From positions 20,217 to 84,216 of the forward strand of contig CAWJHF010000009.1 in the NCBI GenBank assembly GCA_963842445.1: 64,000 bases of DNA, in the 5' to 3' direction. Positions 27,434 through 34,417 of the stretch are shown in pieces (position 1 is the first letter of the stretch; each line of letters begins with the position of its first letter). Source of the stretch: an uncultured Verrucomicrobiae bacterium. GTDB taxonomy: Bacteria; Verrucomicrobiota; Verrucomicrobiia; Limisphaerales; UBA11358. Made by a program: the position numbers and the translations under genes. The notes below the pieces were generated by a model that saw only the letters and a list, made by a program, of their open reading frames with translations, made no database searches and had not been told where the DNA came from.

Positions 27434-28824
27434 ATCTCCACCACCTGTTTATATTCCGGCACGAGCACTTCGGCTTTCGGCTTCATTGCGTGTAACGTTT
27501 CGGCGTGCGCCAGGCATTGTGATTCCTCGCCGTGGATGCAGACGATTTTTTTGAGGTCGCCGGAGATTTTTCCGACGTATTTCTTCAGTTCATTTTTGTC
27601 CGCGTGGCCGGAGTAGGTGTCCAGCGAAACGATTTTGGCGCGCACGGCCTGCGGTTCGCCAAAAATGTTGACGGGATTCTGTCCGGCCACAATCTGCGCG
27701 CCCAACGTGTGTTCCGCACAAAAGCCGATGAACAGAATCAGATTGCCAGGATCGCCGATGTGGTTTTTGAGATGATGCCGGATGCGGCCCGCCTCGCACA
27801 TGCCCGACGCGCTGATGATGATGGCGGGTTCCCTCAAATCGTTCAGTTTCATAGAATTCGCGACTTCGCGGATGTAAGTGAGATTTTCCATGCCGAACGG
27901 ATTTTCCTTTTCGTGCAGGAACCGGTTGATGGTGTCGTTGAAACATTCCGGGTGCAGACGGTAAATCTCCGTGGCGTTCACGCTCAATGGGCTGTCCACA
28001 AAAATCGGCACGCGCGGCAGTTTCCCCGCCAGCGTGAGCTGGTGCAGCACATAGACAATCTGTTGCGTGCGCCCCACCGAAAACGCCGGGATGATGACCT
28101 TGCCGTTTTGTTTCAAGGTTTCCAGCACCATCCGGCCAACGGTTTCGTCGGCGTCCGTGCGGATGGAATGTTCGCGCCCGCCATAGGTGGATTCAATTTG
28201 AAGATAATCCACGTTTTCGACCGGCTCCGGGTCACGGAGAATTTCGTCATTGCCGCGACCGACATCACCACTGAACAAATAACGGAATTCCCGTCCGCCT
28301 TCCCGGATGTCCAGAACCACCTGCGCCGCGCCGAGAATGTGTCCGGCGTCACGGAACGTCACCGTCACACCGTCGAGCACCGGAAACGGGCGGCCGTAAT
28401 TGAAGGCGACGAATTGCTGGAGCGCTTTCTCGGCGTCGGCTTCGGAATAAAGCGGTTCGACCGGCGGCAGTTTTTGTTTCGCGCGTTTTTTGGAGACGAA
28501 CGCCGCGTCGTCCTTCTGGATCTGTGCGGAGTCCACCAGCATGATGCCGGACAGGTCGCGCGTGGCGAAGGTGCAGTAAATGTTGCCGGCGTAACCCTGT
28601 TTGCACAGGTTGGGCAGATTGCCCGCGTGATCAATGTGCGCGTGGCTCAACACCACGGCGTCCGCCTGCTTCGGGTCGAAGGGAAAGCAGCAGTTGCGCT
28701 GGATGGATTCCTCGCGCCGGCCTTGAAACAACCCGCATTCGAGCAACAACTGCTTGCTGTTGACCTCGAACAGATACATCGAGCCGGTCGTGGTGCGCGT
28801 TGCGCCGAAGAAGTGGATTCGCAT
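27430..28824 (-). CDS. MBL-fold metallo-hydrolase with beta-CASP domain (RNA-metabolising type)
   Basis: ORF 27430..28920; start MRIHFFGATRTTTGSMYLF (28824). HAHIDHAG motif, and a beta-CASP/RMMBL-type C-terminus ...SGHADKNEL. Confidence 0.85.
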   Translation of the reverse strand: MRIHFFGATRTTTGSMYLFEVNSKQLLLECGLFQGRREESIQRNCCFPFDPKQADAVVLSHAHIDHAGNLPNLCKQGYAGNIYCTFATRDLSGIMLVDSAQIQKDDAAFVSKKRAKQKLPPVEPLYSEADAEKALQQFVAFNYGRPFPVLDGVTVTFRDAGHILGAAQVVLDIREGGREFRYLFSGDVGRGNDEILRDPEPVENVDYLQIESTYGGREHSIRTDADETVGRMVLETLKQNGKVIIPAFSVGRTQQIVYVLHQLTLAGKLPRVPIFVDSPLSVNATEIYRLHPECFNDTINRFLHEKENPFGMENLTYIREVANSMKLNDLREPAIIISASGMCEAGRIRHHLKNHIGDPGNLILFIGFCAEHTLGAQIVAGQNPVNIFGEPQAVRAKIVSLDTYSGHADKNELKKYVGKISGDLKKIVCIHGEESQCLAHAETLHAMKPKAEVLVPEYKQVVEI

Positions 28825-28882
28825 GGGGAAAAGATGCTGAAGGAGCAGCCAAAGTCGAGTTCTGAAACGGGGTTTGTGAAAC

Positions 28883-28934
28883 GTGATGCGTGAAACGTGA
28901 AATTGCAAATCACGTTTCACGTTTCACGCATCAC
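28883..28934 (-). terminator. perfect 20-bp hairpin immediately 3' of infA (no U-tract)
   Basis: 28883-28902 pairs perfectly with 28915-28934, leaving a 12-nt loop. Built from GTGAAAC heptamers. Starts 3 nt after the infA stop. The missing T-run makes the terminator role uncertain. Confidence 0.45.
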
Positions 28935-28936
28935 AT

Positions 28937-29155
28937 TCAACTGTGCCGGTAGGTGATGCGCGCCTTGTTCAAATCGTAGGGCGACATTTCAACATTGACC
29001 TTGTCGCCGACGCTGATGCGGATGAAATTTTTCCGCATCTTGCCGGAGATGTGCGCGAGCACCTCATGCCCGTTCGGCAGGGCGACACGAAACATTGTGC
29101 CTGGCAGCACTTGTTTGACGCTGCCGGTCAATTCGATTGGTTCTTCTTTGGGCAC
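28937..29155 (-). CDS. infA: translation initiation factor IF-1
   Basis: ...[59 protein letters not shown] start at 29155 gives the canonical 72 aa. Confidence 0.9.
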   Translation of the reverse strand: MPKEEPIELTGSVKQVLPGTMFRVALPNGHEVLAHISGKMRKNFIRISVGDKVNVEMSPYDLNKARITYRHS

Positions 29156-29269
29156 GGTTATGAGCCGGCAAGTAATGCCAATCGTCCCGCCCAAAATCAA
29201 TCCCTTTTCCTGCCGGGAAAAAGGCATTGGACATTTGCCGCCGATTTGCTTAAAGTCCATTCAATTATT

Positions 29270-29521
29270 ATGAAATGTGAACCATTCAACACCATTTTAA
29301 CTGGTGTGCTGGGCGCGCTGGTAGTGCTGGGAGTGATTTTTGCCTTCCGGACGATTGTTCGCACGCGCGAGTTGCGCACGCTGCAGGCGCAGATGCTCAA
29401 CTGCCAAGTCAACGTCAATCGCCTGAACCTCACGCTGAACGCGGCCGCCCAATATGGCAAAACGCACCCCGATATTGATCGCATTCTGCAACCGTTTGAA
29501 ACCAAACCCGCCGCCCGCTGA
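29270..29521 (+). CDS. small single-TM protein
   Basis: ATG at 29270 inside ORF 28943..29521. One TM helix (ILTGVLGALVVLGVIFAF), then ...AAQYGKTHPDIDRILQPF. Paralogous to the next ORF. Confidence 0.5.
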   Translation: MKCEPFNTILTGVLGALVVLGVIFAFRTIVRTRELRTLQAQMLNCQVNVNRLNLTLNAAAQYGKTHPDIDRILQPFETKPAAR

Positions 29522-29525
29522 CGCC

Positions 29526-29864
29526 ATGAACGAACCTGAAATCTCCCCCGCCACGCCGGACGAATTGGCCGGCCAAATCGCCTCCTTGCAGCGTCAAGTG
29601 ACGACGCTGCTGCTGGTGCTGGTCGTTGTCAGCAGCACGCTCACGGCTTATTTGTTTTACCAGTCGCGCATTCTGGGCAAGGACCTTGACACCATCAAGC
29701 CGCAGGCCACGCAAATCGTTCAGAACTACAACAACAATGTGCCCCAGATGCAAAAGCTCGTCCAACAACTTGTGGCTTACGGCCAGACCCACCCGGATTT
29801 CCAGCCGATTCTGAAAAATTACGGCATCATTCCCGCGACCACGAACGCCGCGCCCAAGAAGTGA
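29526..29864 (+). CDS. small single-TM protein (paralogue of the preceding ORF)
   Basis: Start MNEPEISPA at 29526. One TM helix (TTLLLVLVVVSSTLTAYLF), then ...VAYGQTHPDFQPILKNY. Confidence 0.55.
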   Translation: MNEPEISPATPDELAGQIASLQRQVTTLLLVLVVVSSTLTAYLFYQSRILGKDLDTIKPQATQIVQNYNNNVPQMQKLVQQLVAYGQTHPDFQPILKNYGIIPATTNAAPKK

Positions 29865-29914
29865 GCCAACGCAATATCGTCATCGCCGAGTCAAGTGCGT
29901 GCGCTTCGGACGGT

Positions 29915-30340
29915 TCACCGGGTCAACGGTTCAACCGCAACCGACGGCAACCGCGCACCGCAGTTCGGGCAAAAATTCGATTGTGGCGGACAACTCCTGC
30001 CGCAGCCCGGACAGTCTGAATGCGCCTTCTTGTGGCGATAGTGGATGACTAGATTTCGCGTGTAGGGAATCCACGTAAAGGCGTAGGCAAAGATGAAAAC
30101 GGAATCCTGCTGATGGATGGAGTAACACAGAAAGGTCAGCGAACCGATGAGGCTTAACCACCAGAACGCCTGCGGCACCACGACCCGCTTCTTCTTTTCC
30201 GTGGCATACCATTGAACCAGAAACCGCGATGAAAAAATCAAGTTGCCCAGCCAGCCGATGACCTTCCAGACGCTCCAGTCAATGCCCAACAGTTTGCCAT
30301 CGTGCCACAGTAGGTTGGTCAGCCAGTCCATAACGGCCAC
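29915..30340 (-). CDS. lipid-A-disaccharide synthase N-terminal domain (LAB_N) protein with C-terminal zinc ribbon
   Basis: WKVIGWLGNLIFSSRFLVQWYATEKKK... is LAB_N-like. The C-terminus carries CPGCGRSCPPQSNFCPNCG. Confidence 0.7.
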   Translation of the reverse strand: MAVMDWLTNLLWHDGKLLGIDWSVWKVIGWLGNLIFSSRFLVQWYATEKKKRVVVPQAFWWLSLIGSLTFLCYSIHQQDSVFIFAYAFTWIPYTRNLVIHYRHKKAHSDCPGCGRSCPPQSNFCPNCGARLPSVAVEPLTR

Positions 30341-30395
30341 AGCTTAAACCAGCGCGCTTAAACCGAAAGCGCAAACGCGACGCCCCGGCTGAATC

Positions 30396-30459
30396 CGGGA
30401 GGGACGGCGTGTCGCCGTCCCAAACCGAAATCAGGGACTCCGGCACGGCGTCCCTCCCC
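30396..30459. repeat. REP-like double hairpin of the GGGACGNCG family
   Basis: gggacggcg-tgt-cgccgtccc plus gggac...gtccc, enclosed by gggaggg...ccctccc. Lies directly 3' of the thiS stop. Confidence 0.6.
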
Positions 30460-30460
30460 G

Positions 30461-30670
30461 TTATCCACCCGCGACAATCTTGACGATTTCCAGCCGGTCG
30501 CCCGGGTTGAGTTGCCGTTGGGAAAATTCCGACGGCGCGACGGCCTCGCCGTTGTGCTCCACGACCACGCTGCGCGGCAGCAGCTTTTGCGCGACCAGAA
30601 ATTCCTCCAGCGAGCACGGCAGCTTCGCCTCGACCGGCTTTCCGTTGGCGGTGACGAATGCAGCTTTCAA
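30461..30670 (-). CDS. thiS: sulfur carrier protein ThiS (3' copy, possibly restarted from TTG)
   Basis: ...VTANGKPVEAKLPCSLEEFLVAQKLLPRSVVVEHNGEAVAPSEFSQRQLNPGDRLEIVKIVAGG has the C-terminal GG. The only plausible start is the TTG at 30670, overlapping the TGA of the upstream cassette gene. Confidence 0.6.
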   Translation of the reverse strand: MKAAFVTANGKPVEAKLPCSLEEFLVAQKLLPRSVVVEHNGEAVAPSEFSQRQLNPGDRLEIVKIVAGG

Positions 30671-31263
30671 GTTTGCTTCGGCTTGACTCCGCCGCGCAGA
30701 AGTTTTTCCAATTCCGACGCAACGGCCAGTTCGTTTGCCCAACGGCGCAAATAATTTTTGTCCAATGCGCCGCCCTGGACCGAAACAATTCCCGCAGCGT
30801 CGCCGAGTTGCCGTTCGGACGGCGTGATTTGATTCCAATAAAGTTTGTGCAGCAGCACGTCCTCCGCCGTGCCGATCCAGGCCGGCTGGCCGAACAATGT
30901 TATTGGTTTGCGGCGCGCAAACATCTCGCGCTCGAACGGCGCGGGCCGCAACAGCCAGAAATCCACCTTCAACGTCGAGCGCCGGTCAATGGCGTTGAAC
31001 TGATGCGGCGGCTGATACGCGGCGCGCACCGCCAATTCATCCAGAAAAAAATCACCGCTGAAGGCCGCCATTATTTTCGGAACGGCGGACGGCGGCAGTT
31101 GGATGACAAAATTCAAATCGTGCGTCGTGCGTGGAATGCCCCAGAAATTGCTCGCCATCGAGCCGGTGAGCAGATACGCCAGCTCCGAGCGGTTCAAGCG
31201 GCGGAGGCAATCCACCAACAGTTCGCGCTCGGTCACGATGCCCTCGCCAGTTCGAGCCGCCAA
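30667..31263 (-). CDS. minimal nucleotidyltransferase-fold protein (degenerate GS-x13-DxN motif)
   Basis: ...AYLLTGSMASNFWGIPRTTHDLNFVI... has the same spacing as the 26960 protein, but the second acidic residue is N. 198 aa. Confidence 0.65.
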   Translation of the reverse strand: MAARTGEGIVTERELLVDCLRRLNRSELAYLLTGSMASNFWGIPRTTHDLNFVIQLPPSAVPKIMAAFSGDFFLDELAVRAAYQPPHQFNAIDRRSTLKVDFWLLRPAPFEREMFARRKPITLFGQPAWIGTAEDVLLHKLYWNQITPSERQLGDAAGIVSVQGGALDKNYLRRWANELAVASELEKLLRGGVKPKQT

Positions 31264-31436
31264 TGCAGAAACTGCTCCACTTGCGCGTCATCGGCATCGG
31301 GATGCTGCGCGCGGATGCCTTCGCGAGCGATATCGCACGATAACTCATGCAAGTCCAGCGCGATGGCCAGCCGCTCTTCGCCGCTCATTTCGCGGTAACG
31401 CCCAATCTGAAAATCCAGTGCCGCCTGCGGACTCAT
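31233..31436 (-). CDS. small helical protein, partner of the nucleotidyltransferase
   Basis: 67 aa: MSPQAALDFQIGRYREMSGEERLAIALDLHELSCDIAREGIRAQHPDADD... Its ATG (31434-31436) overlaps the TGA of the thiS 5' relic, and it overlaps the next gene by 31 nt. Confidence 0.55.
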   Translation of the reverse strand: MSPQAALDFQIGRYREMSGEERLAIALDLHELSCDIAREGIRAQHPDADDAQVEQFLHWRLELARAS

Positions 31437-31579
31437 GGAATGAATTTAATGCGATTCAATGGAAATGTCACGACCACGCTGCGCGGCAACAGTTTTTGAG
31501 CAATCAGAAATTCCTCAAGCGAGCACGGCAGCTTCGCCTCCACCGGCTTTCCGTTGGCGGTGACGGACGATGGATTCAC
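31433..31579 (-). pseudogene. thiS: thiS 5' fragment (native start plus ~38 codons) displaced by the cassette insertion
   Basis: From the GTG at 31579: (M)NPSSVTANGKPVEAKLPCSLEEFLIAQKLLPRSVVV, then unrelated TFPLNRIKFIP-stop. Confidence 0.7.
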
Positions 31580-31604
31580 ATTTTCAAATCTGTTCTTTAA
31601 TAAA

Positions 31605-31697
31605 CACCGAACATCCCACATCGAACTCTGAACATCGAAGTTATTCGACTACGACACATTAGACGTTCGATGTTCAATGTTGGGTGTTCGATGTTCC
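31605..31697. repeat. imperfect palindrome of inverted heptamer arrays (ATCGAAC / GTTCGAT)
   Basis: Left units accgaac/atcccac/atcgaac/tctgaac/atcgaag. Right units gttcgat/gttcaat/gttgggt/gttcgat/gttcctc. Sits between the thiH stop (31702) and the thiS relic start. Confidence 0.65.
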
Positions 31698-31701
31698 TCA
31701 T

Positions 31702-32904
31702 TTATGCTGTCAACGCCGCGTCCCAATCTTTCCACACCGGCTCGTAGCCAAGTTTGCGGATCAAATCCGCCACTTCGCCGGCGGAACGGTCATCGGCAAT
31801 TTCAAATTGGCCGGTCGCGTTCGTCGCGCGGTTCGGCTGCGGCGCCCATTCGCTGGCACCGGACGCCAGTTCCACAATCCGGCCGCGCACGGTTTGATGC
31901 AGCTTTTCCCTGCCCGCGCCGGTGTAACCGCCCGGCTCAGTGTGGCTGCCCGCGCTCATCATCGTAATGCCCAGCGGGAGCAGGCCGTCGCGCAGTTTCG
32001 ATGATTCGCGCGTCGAAAGCACCAGACCAACGTCGGGAAACATGATGCGCAGGGCGCAGACCAGTAGCGCCAGGTCGCGGTCGCTCATGTGCGTGAGCGG
32101 CTGGAATTCGCCCGCGCACGGACGCAGCCGCGGCAGCGAAATCGTCAACTGCGCCTTCCAGCAATTACGCAACAAATAATCCGCATGCGCGGCAACGCTG
32201 ATGGCTTCAAACCGCCAATCGGCCAGTCCGTAAAGCGGGCTGATGCCGAGCCGGCGGAAACCGGCGGCGTAGGCGCGTTCTGGCGTTTCGAGCCGCCACT
32301 CGAAATTCCGTTTCGGCCCGGCGGTGTGCATGTCCGCATAAACTTTCCGGTCGTAGGATTCCTGATAAACCACCAGCCCGTCCGCGCCCGCCGCAACCAG
32401 CGGCGCGTAGTCGGCAGTTCCCATCGGCCCAACTTCGAGTGAAATGCTTGGCCACTCCGGATGCAGCGCAGCGATGCAGTCGCGCAGGTAATTGTTCGAG
32501 ACAAATTTCGGATGTTCGCCCGCGACGAGCAGGAGGTTCCGGAATCCTTGTGACTTGAGTTCCGCCGCCTCGCGTTTCACTTCGTCCAGCGAGAGCGTCA
32601 CGCGCAGAATCGGGTTGTCGCGCGAGAAACCGCAGTATTGGCAGTTGTTGATGCACTCATTGGAAAGGTAAAGCGGCGCGAACAACCGGATGACCTTGCC
32701 GAACCGCTGCTGCGTCATCATGTGCGATCGCCGGCCCATGTGCTCCAGCAATTCAGCCGCCGCCGGCGAAATCAGGTTCGCAAAATCCGCGAGCGACAGC
32801 CTGGGTTTCGCCAGACTTTCCCGCACCGCCGGCGCACCAGCCGCCAGCGACCGTTGCGCCAGCGACTGCGCCGGCAACGAATTGAACTCGGAGACAAAGC
32901 TCAC
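31702..32904 (-). CDS. thiH: 2-iminoacetate synthase ThiH (radical SAM)
   Basis: LYLSNECINNCQYCGF carries the CxxxCxxC radical SAM cluster. Full-length ThiH-like, 400 aa. Confidence 0.9.
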   Translation of the reverse strand: MSFVSEFNSLPAQSLAQRSLAAGAPAVRESLAKPRLSLADFANLISPAAAELLEHMGRRSHMMTQQRFGKVIRLFAPLYLSNECINNCQYCGFSRDNPILRVTLSLDEVKREAAELKSQGFRNLLLVAGEHPKFVSNNYLRDCIAALHPEWPSISLEVGPMGTADYAPLVAAGADGLVVYQESYDRKVYADMHTAGPKRNFEWRLETPERAYAAGFRRLGISPLYGLADWRFEAISVAAHADYLLRNCWKAQLTISLPRLRPCAGEFQPLTHMSDRDLALLVCALRIMFPDVGLVLSTRESSKLRDGLLPLGITMMSAGSHTEPGGYTGAGREKLHQTVRGRIVELASGASEWAPQPNRATNATGQFEIADDRSAGEVADLIRKLGYEPVWKDWDAALTA

Positions 32905-33001
32905 AAATCACAACGTAACAAATTGACGGGCAAAGTCGAGGCGAGCTTGGCATTGCACAACGCACCCGATTCGTGAAACATGGACGCCAGCGGAACTTCA
33001 C

Positions 33002-34345
33002 ATGGCACGCAAATTTTCAAAACCGCACCGCGGCGCGTCGTTCATGGTGCTTGGCGTCGGCTCATTCGCGCAGAGCATCGGTGCGGCACTGGCCGACGCC
33101 GGCGCAAGTGTTTCGACCTATCTCACGCGCAATTACGGCCATTTCCCGCCGTCGCTCGTCGGACCCACTTTTTCGCATGGTTCAGTCGCCAGCCCGGTTC
33201 CGCTGATCAAGAAGCATGGCGTTGATGCCGTCATTCCGCAGTCCATTGACTGGGCGCTGGCCCCGTGGGCGGAGGATTTGCTGCAATCGGGCGCCGGCAT
33301 TTTCAGTCCCACGCGCGAGGCGATGCGCATCGAACGCGAACGTGATTTTGCCCGGAAACTGTGTGCCGAGTTCAAAATTCCGTTCCCGCAGGCTTACGTC
33401 GCGTCGAACCGGCTGGAGACCGAAAAAATTCTAACAAATCATCCGCAGCCGTTCGTCATTAAAAACCCGCTCTGCTCGCCGACCAGTCCGATTCACACGA
33501 TTTTGTGCGAGACCATCGAGGATACCCGTGCCTGGCTGCGGCATGTGAATTATGCCGAGGGCGTTTTTTTGCAGGAATACCTTGGACGCGCCGAGGCCGG
33601 ACACATTGCGCTGGTGAGCAGCGGCGAAATTTATTCGCTCGTCACGAACCAGGAATACAAATACGCCTTCAATGGCAACCAGGGCATCGTCGCCGGTGCG
33701 CCGCTGGGCGGCTTGGTCGAGCGCGACGAAAACGACAAATACGGCCTGGCGCGCGAATTGATTCATCCGCTGCTGCCTTGGTTTCGGAAAGTGAATTATC
33801 ACGGCCCGATTCAAGTGACGGCCATCAAAGTAGGACAGGCTTCCAGCCTGTCTCCATCGAAAAAGAAGTTAGAGACAGGCAAGATGCCCGTCCTGCGCGG
33901 CAAATGGCACGTCATCGAATACAACATCCGCATTGGCGTCACCTCCGGCCCGATGATTTTGCGGATGCTCAAAAACCCGGCGGAAATTGTCCTGCAAACC
34001 GCGCGGAACCAAAAACTGGAATTGCAGTTCAATGAAAAATTGAACTTCGGCTGTTCGCTCACGTTGGCGGGTTACGGCTACCCGTTCACGCAGGTGCGCA
34101 GTCCGCACCTGCCGCTCGAAGTGGACGGCCAGTTTGATTGCGATGTGTGGTGGAACGAAGTGGCGCGCGGCGCGGACGGCCAATTGATAGCCACCGGCCA
34201 TCGCATTGCGGACGTGATTGCGCTCGCGCCGAAGCTCGACGCAGCGATTGCGAAGGCTTACGCCAACATTCGCAAAATCCGGGTCGTAGGCAGCTACTTC
34301 CGGACGGACGTTGGACAAAGTTTATGGCCACCGGGGAACGTGTGA
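33002..34345 (+). CDS. PurD-like ATP-grasp protein (phosphoribosylamine--glycine ligase family, divergent)
   Basis: ATP-grasp core (...FVIKNPLCSPTSP..., ...VFLQEYL...) and a PurD-like C-domain (...GHRIADVIALAPKLDAAIAKAYANIRKIRVVGSYFRTDVG). Atypical N-terminus. Confidence 0.65.
   Translation: MARKFSKPHRGASFMVLGVGSFAQSIGAALADAGASVSTYLTRNYGHFPPSLVGPTFSHGSVASPVPLIKKHGVDAVIPQSIDWALAPWAEDLLQSGAGIFSPTREAMRIERERDFARKLCAEFKIPFPQAYVASNRLETEKILTNHPQPFVIKNPLCSPTSPIHTILCETIEDTRAWLRHVNYAEGVFLQEYLGRAEAGHIALVSSGEIYSLVTNQEYKYAFNGNQGIVAGAPLGGLVERDENDKYGLARELIHPLLPWFRKVNYHGPIQVTAIKVGQASSLSPSKKKLETGKMPVLRGKWHVIEYNIRIGVTSGPMILRMLKNPAEIVLQTARNQKLELQFNEKLNFGCSLTLAGYGYPFTQVRSPHLPLEVDGQFDCDVWWNEVARGADGQLIATGHRIADVIALAPKLDAAIAKAYANIRKIRVVGSYFRTDVGQSLWPPGNV
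33830..33898. repeat. 69-nt double-hairpin element inserted in frame in the PurD-like gene
   Basis: gtaggacaggc-ttcca-gcctgtc ... gacaggc-aagat-gcccgtcct. Encodes VGQASSLSPSKKKLETGKMPVLR between IQVTAIK and GKWHVIEYN. Confidence 0.6.
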
Positions 34346-34417
34346 GGCGTCGCATCGTGAATTGGCCGCGCGGAATTCCGATACAACGATTTTTCCCACG
34401 GCGTCCGGCACCGCAAA

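Noticed and set aside
27532-28893. 453-aa plus-strand ORF
   Set aside because: It is a shadow of the beta-CASP MBL gene, which has the HxHxDH motif on the other strand.
32905-33001. TPP riboswitch upstream of thiH
   Set aside because: I looked for the THI-box core (CUGAGA ... ACCUGAUCUGGAUAAUGCCAGCG). Only a gggtgc-like fragment is present, so there is no convincing match. An Rfam scan would be decisive.
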